From positions 35,092,001-35,156,000 of the forward strand of contig NC_043009.1 of NCBI RefSeq assembly GCF_006345805.1: a DNA stretch of 64,000 bases. The letters run 5' to 3'. The position numbers were made by a program, and so were the translations under genes. Under the pieces are notes generated by a model that had not been told where the DNA came from, made no database searches, and saw only the letters and a list, made by a program, of their open reading frames with translations. Numbering within the stretch: the first letter of the stretch is position 1; each line of letters begins with the position of its first letter. The stretch is from Octopus sinensis. Lineage: Eukaryota. Below are positions 12,060 through 26,475 of the stretch, in pieces.

Positions 12060-12386
12060 AAAAAAAATCTCTGAACGAGGTATAAACAGTAGCTGCACGA
12101 CAACGTGAAGTATATTTGCCACTTAAATGTGGTTAACTACTAAGGGTGGATGCTACTGTAGCTTGCAGCCCCAGGAGAACATCTTCACCAGCTGGCTATT
12201 GATACACTTTCTGTGCCCTATCAGTATTTGCAAAGGGAAGCCATCCTTCCCATTGTCGCCCTGACGTGATACGCACGGACCTGAGTTTCTGGGTATTTAC
12301 CCGTCATCAGCGCACAACAATCACCGGTCTTTGATGCGAAGGGGTCCCAATGCAAAGACATATATCCTTTTTCCGATGACGAAGAG
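12060..12386 (-). mobile_element. About 330-bp non-coding element carrying a hammerhead motif (PLE-terminus or retrozyme-like)
   Basis: GC-richer island between (CA)n and (TA)n tracts that contains the HHR at 12272-12316; T-rich end. Confidence 0.5.
12272..12316 (-). ncRNA. Type-I hammerhead ribozyme motif, canonical core, GUC cleavage triplet
   Basis: TGTGCG-CTGATGA-C-GGGT-AAAT-ACCC-A-GAAA-C-TCAG-G-T-C-CGTGCG; stem I pairs over 6 bp including wobbles. Confidence 0.75.
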
Positions 12387-12430
<44 letters not shown>

Positions 12431-12459
12431 ACACACACACACACACCACACACACACAC

Positions 12460-12526
<67 letters not shown>

Positions 12527-12538
12527 CACACCTACATT

Positions 12539-12570
<32 letters not shown>
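12387..12570. repeat. (CA)n/(TA)n compound microsatellite
   Basis: Seen directly. Confidence 0.95.
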
Positions 12571-14332
12571 GAATATAAAGATCAGGAGATATGTGATGAA
12601 TATATATTCAATTCATTAGTTATTATCCATAGGATAACTATATTTATCTCATACCTCCTGACTTTCTTTATACTCTATATATTCCTCATGAAATAATCCT
12701 CACCGATTGGATTCACTGGATTTCACTTCTATATATTTGTTTTCTATGTGGTTTATGGCCTGGTCCACTAAAGGAGCTTGTGATTAATCCATATGTTGTA
12801 CATTATATATATATATATATGCACACAAATACATACACGCACACATATGCACATGCATGTATTTATATAAACTCGTACACACATGTATATCAAATTATCT
12901 TCTCAATAACCTTATCAAGTAAAGTATATGTGTTATTATCACACTTCACCACAGGCTGAACAGCCAGGGGTACAAGTCAAGCCCGTAGGTTATACTGTAT
13001 CCAATAAAGCTCATTGGCTAGTTTTTTAATTTTATGCTAGTAATATAAGGTAATCCAACCCAGTGAGAAACTAATTTAAATATCTTTCACATGAAAGGCA
13101 ACAGCCCCGAGAGAAAGTAATGAAAAAGTATATATTCTTTTTAATGTTTTCTTTTTCATTATCTTAAGCTTAAAAATCAATAAAATTACTTTCCCGTATA
13201 CCTTTAAGCGCATTCAGAAACAACAATAGTTACATAGCTATAGTAACGGTTTTATTTTTTTAATAATGTGCGTGTGTGTGTGTGTGTTGTGAGTATGCAT
13301 ATGAAAGTCTGTGCGTGTGGTTGTGTATATATACACGTTTTATATATGTCAGGACTGATTTATCTGATATGTAAAGAATGAAATATAAGACAGTTTGTTT
13401 TGAAAGAATGCGAGTCGTGACGTTTTTGCTCTGGCCCTTTTCGTGGTATTGTAGCTTGAAAACTATCTTCTAAACTTAATGACAGGTTCTTTGCTTAATC
13501 ACTTCACCTCGTAGAAATATCAACCAAATGTCTCTGAAACCAACTTGCTAACTTAAAAGTATGAAATATGACATAGGCCGCCATAGTTCTAGATGTACAG
13601 CCTAGATATGTTTCGTTGCCTTTTGTTGAAATGTATTTGACCCTCTATCTATTCGATAATAGCTGATCTGGCGTTGACTGTACAAATCATACCCTAAACT
13701 TCATTTTCTCCGTTACTAAATCTGTTTTGAAATTTTTCATTTCATTGTCTCTTGTGTTTTGTTGGCACTACTCTATTCTATTTCATTTCATACAGATTAT
13801 TTCTTCTCTTGGTAATACATACAGCAGTCGTTTGCGATCGAGTATGACTTGATAATAATGCCTGTCTAGGAGCGCAATGCAACACTCTATACAGGAATTG
13901 AACGTAAAATTTTATGCTGATGCGATGAACATCCTAACTAAAAGGAGAGAAGTTGAATTAGCTCATAAGCGTTTAATATGTTCACTAAGTGTCCTCTCAA
14001 TAGGTGTTGGCTCCAAATATAAGGAAAGATGCAGAATCTTCGTCCAAAGTGTAGTTGTTGTTTAACTTCAGGTCAACCCTGTGTTTGATCGATGTGACTT
14101 AACTTTGCAGTGTAAGTAACTATGTCTATTAAGCGAAGAGAGATACAACGTTGTAATACACCTCTGTCATTTTCTTACACCAAAGATATCGCTATTGATT
14201 TCTAGCGAACCAAGCAGGGAGTGCTTACGCCAACGTTCAGCTAGATAGAAACGGAAACCAAAGGTGTCTAAATTTACATTCAATCCTCTTTGAAATAGTA
14301 AGAATCGGATCGCTTAATTAAGATACACTATA

Positions 14333-14887
14333 GGTGCAGCCGTAGCTGCGTGGTAAGAAGCTTACTTTTCAACTACATGGCTCCGGGTACAGTCCCACTG
14401 TGTGACACCTTGGGCAAGTGTCTTCTACTATAGCCATGTGTCGACCAAAGCCTTGTGAGGGGATTTGGGAAACAGAATCTGAAAGAAGCCCGACATATAT
14501 ATATATGGTGGTGGAAGCACTCCGTCGGTTACGACGATGAGGGTTCCGGTTGATCCGATCAACGGAACAGCCTGCTCGTGAAATTAACGTGTAAGTGGCT
14601 GAGCACTCCACAGACACGTGCACCCTTATATATATATATATATATATCAGCTGTTGATACCATCTTAAAATTTTTCCACAGATGATATTAACTGTAGTGA
14701 CATCTTATTTCAAACCTTACGGTCTGGTGTGTTTTCATGTTTTCATACCCGTAACCTATCGGTTCGGCTAAAGAGAGCGATAGAATAAGTACTAGGCTTA
14801 CAAATTATAAGGCGCTGAGGTCGATTTGTTCGACTAAAGGCGGTGCTGCAGCATGGCCGCAGTCAAATACCTGATACAAGTAAAATA
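14333..14887 (+). mobile_element. tRNA-derived SINE, family C, interrupted by an inverted 3' piece of family B (about 14505-14627)
   Basis: Head GGTGCAGCCGTAGCTGCGTGGTAAG..CAGTCCCACTG..GGCAAGTGTCTTCTACTATAGCC and tail ..GTCGATTTGTTCGACTAAAGGCGGTGCT..CAGCATGGCCGCAG; homologous to 44951-45250. Confidence 0.75.
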
Positions 14888-15583
14888 ATATATCTGAACG
14901 TAAGTATAGTTACGGATGAAATGAGTTTGTTCTGGCCTAGAGCTGAACAATAACGACAACCCAGTAAGTTAGATATATAAGAGAGTTACAGAGAAACCAT
15001 TTGGCATTCATGCCTTTTTGAGTGGTATTTGCGCCGTAACATATTTGTTCGGTTTGTAAGTCCGATCCCAGGTCTCATAGCTGCCGTCGCAGAAAGGCAT
15101 TCTCTTAAAGTAGAACAAATTGTTAATTTATGTGCTATATGAAAAGTCTGTTAAACAAAAGAACTACGAAATTTGTGGCTTACATTACATATAACCTATT
15201 TTATTAGGTTCTGTCAGTTAGTCATGTAATATAGAGAGAAAACGCGTTAAATATAGATTAACCTACAAAGTTTTAATATATTCATTGTATTCTCTGACAG
15301 GTACGCTATCGCAATTGTATTTGACGTTCACAAAATTTCATTTTGTCACTTTATCATTAGAAGATAAATTATATTACCATTCTTTAATAGGAAACTAGTT
15401 AATACATGGTAGAAAATGAAGCATAAGACTGTGTCTTATTTTCTTCGCTTTTCTCGTATATATATATTTTTTATGCTTTTTTTTCTCACAAGCTATATCT
15501 CATCAAGTTATCTTCGTGTTGGTGTAAAATTCATAAATAAACGAAAAGAGGAAAAATAGATTATTTATTGTATTACGTAGTAG

Positions 15584-15944
15584 TCTGGAGGCGCAATGGC
15601 CCAGTGGTTAGGGCAGAGGTTTCGATTCCCAGACCGGGCTTTGTGAGCGTTTATTGAGCGGAAACACCTAAAGCTCCACGGGACCCCGGCAGTGGGGTGG
15701 TAGCGAGCCCTGCTGTACTCTTTCACCACAACTTTCTCTCACTCTTTCTTCCTGTTTCTGTTGTACGTGTATTTCAAAGGGCCAGCCTTGTCACAATCTC
15801 TGTCACGCTGAATCCCCCCCCCCGAACTAGGTTAGGATACACGTGTCTGTGGAGTGTTCAGGCACTTGCACGTTAATTTCATGAGCAGGCTGTTCCGTTG
15901 ATTGTATCAACTGGAACCCTCGTCGTCGTAACCAAAGTAGTGCA
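15584..15944 (+). mobile_element. tRNA-derived SINE, family B, with 9-bp TSD ACGTAGTAG
   Basis: A-box-like TGGCCCAGTGG and B-box-like GTTTCGATTCC; high similarity to 50475-50861; TSD at 15575-15583 and 15945-15953. Confidence 0.9.
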
Positions 15945-18900
15945 ACGTAGTAGCATCCAGGCGGTTTTCTTCACCACTCGTATCCGAACAATGTGTGAAG
16001 ATGTAATTTAACAGTTAATAACATTCTTTGTAGTTGTGCTGCTTGCTTAGCAACATACATTCCCTCTTCGCGTACTTCACATAATTGAAAGGCATTCCAG
16101 CCATGACCATCTCATCAATTTTTTTCTATTAAGCATAAAGTATTCAATGTCTTTCGACTTTGATATCAGTAGGGCATAATTTGAGGATAAGTGGCTGCTA
16201 TATTCTGCAGGTCAAGTGGCCGCGCGGGGAGTCATTTCATTGGTACTTTAACTCCCTGAGCTGATTGAAACTTCAAATCCATGCTTTATGGAGCAAAGAT
16301 TACCGTTGCTCAAAAATGGCCATTTATTTGCACATTTGAATGTGAAGGCCCAACTAAAGTCTGTGGACGACTGGAGTTACCCGATTATGGTAGATACAGT
16401 GTCGTCGTAGACGTTACTGCCAGAATGCAAAGGGCCCAAACAGATACGACAAGGTATCTCATGCAACCCTTCTGCAGTACTACGAACCCATCGCACTGAA
16501 TTTATATTTTATATGGACTCCGTAAGAATGAAATGCAACGTTGTCTTCGGCAGAATTTGAACCATCGTCTGAGTCAGAATGATTAACATGAGATATTCAT
16601 TCTTCCATTCGGACAACTTTATTCCTTCGCTCCCTTCTCTGAAGTGATAATGCCACATACACACGGAAATTTATGGAGAACCATCACTTTAAGCCAGTAA
16701 GACAGACGTTAATTCGGGAATTTTCATACAGTTCATAATTATAATATTTTACTAATCACCTCTAACTGCAGAAAACTTGATTGAGAGAAATATGTTGTCA
16801 TCACGTTTTGCAGCAGTGAAGTGGTGCGGAATAATAGTACTTTGGCTGATATTTTGGCTCTCTAACACAGAACAGGTAGCAACTGAATTATCTATTCATT
16901 GAATTAGCGAGAGATGTTGAGTATTTCACAAACACATCTAACTATAACATAATTTTGACGCAGAATTAACGTGACACAGTCTGACAATACGGGACTTGTG
17001 AATTACATGTACAGTCAATCCGAGAGACTTCTAAATATTTTCTGTGGCAATAGCTTCATTCAAAAATTAGACCAACCTATAGACTGAAATATGCCCAAGC
17101 TAAAACATAGCAGTGTTGAACTCGAGACCTTCTCGCTGCTAGGTAAATTTCTTATTCTTCAATCATTCCTACGTTTACAAAATCGTTATATTCGTAGGGA
17201 AGTATGTATGAGTACATGTATACATATTGGTAGTGTAATGTATGGATTCATAGAATTGTGTTGCTATCACAGAAAACTCCTCTAGTGGATTCGATTAAGA
17301 GACCACATAATCATCTAATAGAGTTACATTCTGCTGAAATCCAGGAAATCCGATTCACGAAATTATCCCATAAAATGTAAGGAACTATGAGAGGTGAATC
17401 TATTTATTTAACTTCTTGTCATCCTTAGGATAATAATTTCAGCGTATTATAAATTATGTTTGCACTAACCCTAACCCTAACCGTAATGCTACGCATTATT
17501 CAGTACATTTATATGTTCACAAGATAAAGAAAGTTAACTCATCAGATCACCAGAACATCTTGGTTACGCCAATATTTCAATTCTCGCTCTCTGTACACAC
17601 ACACACACACACACATACACACACACACATTTATATATATAATCTCTTCCTCATAGAATGCATTCTCAGCCGGCTCTAATCATAATTTCCTCTTTTATTT
17701 TTTCTGTTGAAAAACGAGCGGCCGAAACGTTGCAGTTCTTTTCCTTTCAAGTGTTACACTAAGAAATAGCTTTGTTAAAACATAACTTTTTCATTGTGTT
17801 TTCTTGTTTTCGTTCATTCATCATATATATAAAAACAGTTTGTTACATGCTGTAAGCATATATATAGCATGATACATACAAATGCTTGGACGAACGAAAG
17901 AAATAGGCAGTGCATTCGGTTAATTAATTCTGAACAAACCCAAAGATGACTTCAAAAGTTTAAGTCGCATGTGGCCGCATCAAACTGTTTTGCACTAAGT
18001 CTGAATAAAATACGGAATAACTACAGTTAAATATATTTAGCTTACTCAGTCAGAGCTCTTTGGATTTCTAAAGTAAGTACAAGATTTTAGATTTGAAAGG
18101 AATTACAAAGAAGGCTTTGACATTCATGTGCTTTTTCTACAGTAATAGTAACCTAACATGATAACATTACTTTCGAGTAGAAATCAAAATTTCCCTAACA
18201 ATTCTCATGATAACTATTCTCTTGAAATCGGCGTTTATTACTAATATATCCTGGATTAAATCTTTGTCTGTTCACAGTGTTAATTAAAACGGTCTGCAAA
18301 CATCACTAATGAAATATCTTAATCTACTGCACTATTCAGTATGGCTTCCATCTAATACAAACTCTTTTATTCGGTTCTATTGAAATCGTGTTTTATTAAC
18401 TCTACTATTCTTTCGCTACACATAAATAGATAGCGTTATTTAACGTCATCCATTTTTGTCACATGCTTCTTAATGCAAAAGTCGATGACATTCATAAACT
18501 TGTCTTTCTCCGTTTATTATCAGTTCATATTAGCTAGCTTGAGAAAAAGAGTACAAAATCTAATTAAAAATCACATTCTAAATTTATTTTTGTTTCCTTA
18601 TTTATTTTCTCCTTTCCTCCCTAATATATCTGATCAAGCTATCATCCAACTATTAGTGAAAAGCAAAACGCAAATACATTAAATTTTTTTCTTTTTTGCA
18701 TATCTTATATTCTTCCTAACTTTGGGATTTCTCTACACCTTCCTTCTGCACAAGAGCATATGCAGGCGCTAATTCGCGCATGCACACAAAATACTACAGG
18801 CGTACAAAAAAATAAGCACCAGAAACATTACCCCCATTTCCTTCTCCTTCTCCCTCTCTTCTAACAAATCTAATCTTACTACCACTCCTATATTTTTTCC

Positions 18901-19380
18901 TGCTCTTCTCCTCCTGACAGTCTCTCTTTATTTTTCTCTGACTCTGTTTAAACGTATTTACAGAGTGCAACAATATAATTTATTTATTTTACAGTAGACA
19001 TAATAAATGACCTCAGCCTAAATTCACAAAAACATTCCCCTAAAAAGCTTCAATGTAACAAAAAATTCCCCCTATTCTCTCAATCTTCTTTTCTTTGTTT
19101 TATTCTTATCTTTTCCATAACAACTTTAGAAATATGTCCACTCTCATATATTATTTTTTTCACACGTATGTTTACCCTTTTGTTCTCTCGCTTTGTGCTT
19201 TTCCTGCATTTTCAATCAAAACTCCTGCAAGTTAACATGGGATCCCTTCGCGACAATGTAACCATTATTTGACTAAGATATCGTTGGCTTAATGAGTAGC
19301 TCGCGGAGAACCCTTCGTTGAGTGATTACTGCTTCCGAAATTCTGCAATGTAGCCTGGATTTTACCTACTCCATTCCTTA

Positions 19381-19501
<121 letters not shown>

Positions 19502-19670
19502 ATGATTGTGCTATACTGAATGTGGTTTTAAGGTCAGGTTTTGACTGGTTTTTCAAGCATGGTGCTATCTCTTAGATGCCCATATTTCGTTTGTTTAAAT
19601 ACTGTTTGGTGACTTCAAACGGACTTTCGCGGGCATGGTGGGTGAAAATTTTAATAGTAGTAGGCTGGCA

Positions 19671-19732
19671 AATTGTGGCTGATGAGAAGCTGCCACCTAT
19701 TTGGCGTTAGTTTCGGAACCGGGTTCCAAGTT
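19671..19732 (+). ncRNA. Hammerhead-like motif with A13G change
   Basis: AATTGTGG-CTGATGA-GAAGCT[GCCA-CCTATT-TGGC-GTT]AGTTTC-GGAA-CCGGG-T-T-CCAAGTT; stems I and II pair. Confidence 0.5.
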
Positions 19733-20199
19733 GACCAGTATTGCTTTTGCTAACCTAGCGGAGGTAAAATGTTTTTAATGTTCACTTTTTCTACCATGTC
19801 TGAATTAGATTTATTTGTGATTATTCTGTGTTACAGGGGCATCTTTGACTTCTCTTTTTAACGATGTAGGTGCCTTCGTGTATATATATATCAGTATATC
19901 TTGCATTGTATGTATATATTCTATTAATTTGACTGTACGGCTGATAAACTCGCTTGCCACACATGATGGTATTTTAATAATATCATCTCGTATTATATAT
20001 ATATATATGTGTGTGTGTGTCTGTCTGTCTTTGTGTTTGTTTCTCACCACTGCTTGACAACTGGTCTTGGTGTGTTTACATACCCATTACTTTGCAATTA
20101 GGAAAAAAAAAACACTAAAATAATTATCAGCCTAAAAATTATTCACGACTGTGGCCCATCTTGGCCGCAGTTTAATAACAGAATCAAGTAGAAGATAAA

Positions 20200-20251
<52 letters not shown>

Positions 20252-20346
20252 AAATTTAAAAATAAGGATAAAATCTTTATAATAAGAAATTATCAGTAGT
20301 TAGCGTGAAAAACCTCGTAGAGAAAAAATCTGTAATTTTTTCAACT

Positions 20347-20379
<33 letters not shown>

Positions 20380-22655
20380 CTCGGATAAACGCCTATGATC
20401 TGGTAGCATGTTCTTTGATTACACTAAATATTTTGAGTACCTATGCAGTAATGAGCAGATATATATATACCGATTCACATCGACCATAATTTGACAGTAT
20501 TGAACATCAAGTGTGACAACTTCAGAGAGAAAGCAAGTATCATTGTTTGGCCGTACTAAATTTCAGTCGAGTAGACTGGAGTCATGTATAGTGAATGAAG
20601 TGACTTCTCGATCCATGAGTTGAAATGATACCCTTATCATCAACAAAGCTAACAGGTTAGACTCGCTTGCGAGTAAAGAATGTTTTACAAACACATATCC
20701 AAACGCAGATATTTACACACACACACACAATTTTCTGAAGTGACCTGCTTGTAGAAAACAGAATTTCCATATAGTCGGTTAGTCAGTTATTAGACATGTT
20801 TGGCCTAACTCGATTAACGTTGGAAAGCTGTTGGCGCCGGTGATTTGAAAATAAATAATACGTAGTAATTCTACTAATTTGTAGACGTCTTACAAGACGT
20901 AAGACACGTGTGAAGTGTCCCCTTGTAGCATATGAGAGCTGACAACATTTCTGTTTAGTAATACAATACTGGAAGTAGAAGGGAAAGACATACAACGAGA
21001 GTGTGGGAGAGGAAACAGAAAATAATAAAAAATACATTTAAGAAGTACTATATTGTATGTTGTATCGATTTTTTCCAAACCGATTTTATATTTTTATGAA
21101 TGGTTGTTTTATTATAGTGGTATTTGTTTTCTTATAAGTTTTTTTTTTAGTTTCCTGTGATTACTTTTCAGCTAATTTAGATTCACAAAAAGGGGAAGAA
21201 TTATGTATGCCTTCCAATGTTAAGTTAATTACACCATAATCCTATAGGGGCTAACTAATATAATCAGTTATGTAACCGTTTGAAATAAGAACAAGTGGTA
21301 ATTCGCTATTTGTTTGTGTTGGCCATGCTGCTGGTAGTGATGATGGCTTTCCTTTAGTTATTGGTGTTATTTTGCATTGGGGACAGAAAATGAATTTCAC
21401 TACCTCTATATTGTTCACTGACATGAAAAACTATTTCAGCAATAATTATTGCAAGGAGAACCCTGTGAGAGTTATAGCTCGTTGCATTGTTAATAGGATA
21501 CCAGTTTATCAGACAATGACCTGATTGTGTCATATGTTTTTCTCATAATTCAACTTTCAGCATCACAATTAACTAAGGTATAACTTGGTATCAGAGAGAA
21601 TTTATGCTTCACTGTTATAAACAGCTGTATTTGAATTGTAAGATGCACGGTTGTTTCAATACATTGCATTGCTGAACATCAAAATATAAACTTGGCATTG
21701 TTTTAGCAATTTTTACCAATAATAATTCCTAACATTAACCGAATGTCACCACTTTTCGTGATAGGGAACTTACGATATAGTCGAACACAGTAACTGTCAA
21801 TGAATTATTTACTGACCCCCACCTTCTGTGGAAAGATGAATTCCAACATAAACCATTGGGAGCTGAAACTAAATTCTAAATTTTGCGACGATTGGAACAA
21901 TTGGGTTCTCTAAAAGTAAATGGCGTTTTGTTTTGTCATTATTATTTAGCGTCCAGGTCAATTTTGCTACTGCAGATTTTGATCAAAGGTAAAAAATGAA
22001 TTAGCTTTTGTAGCTCAAACTTGATATGGTAAATATATTATGAACTATATTCCGGCCGTAGCAATCCAGTTTTTTTAAGGGATAAATAGGGCTACATTAT
22101 CTAACTGTCAGTTCCTTATATAGGACTGCAGTGTGTGATTTGAGGAAAACTTGGCAAGTATTTCACGTAAATAGAGCAATTTACGTAATTCCTCCGTTCG
22201 TGCTGTTGTCTAGCCACAGCATAGCTGTGATCAAAGCATTCCAACAGTGATCACCCAATCTTTTTGAGAACAATATAATCCTAGATGTCCTATTCTTAAA
22301 AGGACAAGATGAAACTTGAGAGAATTTGTCAGCTGTTTCAATTATGCATGAAGAATCTCTCATGTGGCTGTTGGCGTTGTATCATGTAGTTCATGTAGTA
22401 AGAAAACTTGAAAGTTCTGATCTTCATTAGGCTAGCATTGACAAAAAATCGGCGAATTGATAGATTCTTGTTTAAAAACTGAGTTGGCAGCGATAATACA
22501 TCTCATCGGTTAAGATTAGTAAACAACCACCAACAGACGTATTCAATCAGTCTCTTTTACTGAAACGCTAATTTACGGGGAGATAAACACATCAACACCT
22601 GTTATCGAGCGGTGGTAGTGGGGGACAAACACATACAGAGTCAAACACACTCAGG

Positions 22656-22711
<56 letters not shown>

Positions 22712-22716
22712 ATATA

Positions 22717-22920
22717 ACAGGCTTCTTTCAGTTTCCGGTTACCAGAGCTACTAATAAAGTTTTGGTCGGCCCGAGGTTATAGTTAAAAACACCAGCATTA
22801 GCCGAAGATGTCACGCAGTGGGACTGAACCCGGAGCCATGTATTAATTTATTTTCTCGACTCAGAGATGTGAATCATAAAGCTGCTCACGGCAGAAATTG
22901 ACCTCGGAACTTAAAGAAAA
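22717..22920 (-). mobile_element. Adjacent SINE fragments (family C, then family A)
   Basis: GGCTTCTTTCAGTTTCC..TTTGGTCGGCCCGAGG..CACGCAGTGGGACTGAACCCGG (family C, reverse) and GACCTCGGAAC (family A). Confidence 0.7.
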
Positions 22921-24599
22921 TGGTGAAAATGTTCTATTCATTCTGTATGTCGAAGAATGCAAATTGTCTTTAGCAAGAGAGAATATGCATAGGAATTAGA
23001 TTTGAAGTTTAAAATCACAATACTTCGCAGGAGATCTCAGTATAAATTAAAACTTTTAATTCATATTCCGATTCCAAACTGTTGTGGTATTTCAATATGA
23101 ATTATAGTTTAGGTGACATCAAAGATAATCTCGGGTGAATGTCATCTTATGTCATAGATTACATATGACATATTAGAATATGTTACTGGCAATCAAATCG
23201 CAAATACAGAACTGCAGTTATTTTCTATTAAAGCAAATAGAGACCAAGAAGAATCATAGATATGCTAGAAAGAGCAGCCAAAGCTCCCTGAAATAATATC
23301 TGGAAAAACAGGACATCTATTCGATGTCTCTCTATTTTCATAACATTTTATGCATCTCTTCAGAAATCCAAGGTTTGTAATTTTACACAAAAGGTAGCAG
23401 TAAGCAAGTCATAGAGTATTTCGAATAGTTCTCGTAAATAACGAAAGGTTTAAGTAACTTTCAAAACTACCTACAAACTCTGGTGAGTATAAGTCAATAC
23501 TTGAATTACTGTTGACGAAAACTAGATATGTGCACGTCTTTTTTCAGGAAACAGCTGTTTGCCTAGAAATAATGAACATTATTGAGTACACAAACGGACG
23601 GATGAGATCTACAGAAGATCCCTAATTCTTCATCGATTAGATGGTATTACTCAGTTTCTCACCATTAATGATAAGACTGAGATGTTCTCCATGCTAGCAG
23701 TGCCCGCGAATTTTGCAGAGAATAAAGGGCCGAGAGCAAACAATACATGGATAACAAGCGATACAGCAGTGTACATACGAAAGTGAATAAATGTAATTTA
23801 AGACGTTGGAAAGAGGGCAAAGAAGAAAAGACCATAAATACAGCCTCAGGGCCAAAATCACGAATGATGGGTAACACTTGGAGGGCAAGTATGTGTGTGA
23901 TTGTGTATATGTGTTTGCTTGTTTGTTTGTTTGTTTGTGTGTGTGTGTGTGTAATCTCGCATGGGAATACTCTACAAATGCTTGGACAAATTACATTCCA
24001 ATATTTAGTTTCAACAAGTTTGGGTTGAGTTCAAATTATACTATGAAGATGGTGCCCCAGTATGGATCTGACTTAAATAGTGAAGTAATAATAGAGGAAA
24101 CAAAGAGTTTACTCCGGAACACGATTTCTTCTTTTGTTTGCTTGTTTACATGTGAATAAACATTTGGACAAAATTTTGATAAGAAGAAAAATTGCTGCTG
24201 ACATTCTGTATTCTGTCGAATGCAATAGTCGACAGCTTCGGGACTGCCATGCTAAATTGATTAAAATTGATTTGATGCTGGTTGGAATTAAAATTAAAGT
24301 TTCCCTTTACTCTGCAAGAAAAAAATGTATCTAATACATAACATAAAACGTAGAGTTTAGAATAAATAGTTGTTTTTTTTTTGAAATTTGAAATGTGTTT
24401 TGATGAATTAGGGAGTCAAAGGAATCTTTCAATTATAGAGTGTAGATAAATCACTTGGCATTTCTTAAATTTCTATTCTCTCGTTGGTTCCAATAAGCGA
24501 AATATTTATTCAGTTATCTGCGATTGTTCAGTGAAATAACATGTTTAATATTATTCCTTGACAGACAGTTTTATTAAAGTTTACTCATCTGTATTTTAA

Positions 24600-24768
24600 A
24601 TTGTTGTTGTTGGTGTTGTTGTTGTTGTTGTTATTATTATCATAACCATCACCATCATCATCCTCATCATCATCATCATAAGTCTCCTCCTTCCCTTTCT
24701 CCTCTTCCTCCTTCTCATCATCTTCATCATCATTTCTATTACTATTATTGTTATTATCATTATTATTA

Positions 24769-24839
<71 letters not shown>

Positions 24840-24869
24840 GAAAACGATAATAAGAAAAATAAGAAAAGG

Positions 24870-24904
<35 letters not shown>

Positions 24905-24980
24905 TAATAATAAGAAGAAGAAGAAGAAAGAAGAAGAAGAAGAAGAAGAAGAGAAGAAGAAGAAGAAGAAGAAGAAGAAA
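24600..24980. repeat. Long compound trinucleotide microsatellite (TTG/CAT/ATT/AAT/AAG)
   Basis: Seen directly. Confidence 0.95.
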
Positions 24981-25554
24981 TCGTAGCAGAATGGAACTTT
25001 ATCGCTGGAATATTTCCTAAATGACAAGATGCTTTTGTTCCATTAATATTCGACGATTAAATCCGATATCTCCTGATTATAATGGAATATTAACTAATTA
25101 ATCGGTTCGTTATTCTTTATTGAAGAGGCATATAATCATCGTCAAATATTTGAATTACTAATTCAGAAAAGGGTGAAAGAGAATTCCATTATGAAATGGC
25201 AAATGTTTTGTTAATTGAATACAAGTAAAATGCTGCATATCATTTGATTAACATGGAAGCGATGTCATTTCAAAATTAGTGGAAAATATTTTTAAGCTCG
25301 AATCATCGACAGAACGTCCTCTTCACACAATCTGCCTTATCCCGTTCATACGCTGGTTTGGTGGGAGTGGTGTGATCGTATTCATTAAATTAAGTCTAGA
25401 ATATTACTTGTATTTACCAGATATATTCTGCAAGCGATCAAATATTCGAATATTGCGTTTCAGAAAGTAATTTAGTCATGTTTGTTATTTATCAAAGCGG
25501 ATTTAAGAATTAACAAGGTTAGTTGGGCCACTTGCACTATATTTTATGTAAATC

Positions 25555-25803
25555 CACCACCACCACCACCACCATCACCACCACCACCACCACCACCACC
25601 ATCACCATCACACAAACACCACCACCGCCATCATCATCATCACGTCACCACCACAATCAACACCACCACCACCATCATCATCCTCATCACAAAACCACCA
25701 CCACTACCACCATCATCATCCTCATCACAAAACCACCAACACCACCATCATCATCATCATTATCATCATCATCGTTATCATTATCATCGTCATCATCATC
25801 ATT
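25555..25803. repeat. (CAC)n/(CAT)n compound microsatellite
   Basis: Seen directly. Confidence 0.95.
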
Positions 25804-26475
25804 CCTTGTTTTCATGGGTTGGGCGAGTCGTCGCGGATAGTTCCTATTTACAGTTACTGCCCTTCTAACTGAGTCGGGTTTATTTTCTCTCCTGGGTTTA
25901 TTTGGAGAAGAAAGAGAAATCTCGCCATGTTAATCTGTCAAGGAAAACCAGTCATCAATGTTGCCTGTAGAAATAGTCTCAAAAGAAGCTGGCCCCGTGC
26001 CGTCGAAATTGAAGGCTAATTGCAGTATTTTATATATAAATAAGATACAAAACCAAGTTTTTAGTTTAATAATTCTTTTATTACCAAATTTTTTGTGAAA
26101 AATCTATCTGCAGTCAATATCCCTTGACTGCTTGTTTCCTTTAAAAGAATATTAAAGTTTTCTTTCTTTTATGGTACGACTTAAGGCCACATAAAGCTGG
26201 TCGTGACTAAATATGGGAGCTGGCAAGTAAAAATCAACGTTTTCGAAGCGACGTTTCCTTGCAAGCGCGCTCTCCATTACCGAAACCAACCTAAACTCAT
26301 AGACTTAAAGCCACAAAAAGCAGTCCGTGACTTAAAGCTGATGTAAAAACTCCCTATTCAAAATTTATTACATAAATTTCTTAATATAAATATATGAGGC
26401 GCACATATGAACTGTTAAATGTGTATTTATAATATACTTTTCAACTGCAGTCACTTTATATTCTGCATACACTCA

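Noticed and set aside
17465-17482. (CCCTAA)-type telomeric hexamers
   Set aside because: Only about 3 units; too short to call an interstitial telomere.
23300-23368. CTGAAGA-GATG...CATC-GAAT (-)
   Set aside because: It has GAAT instead of GAAA and no stem I; it seems to be part of another dispersed repeat.
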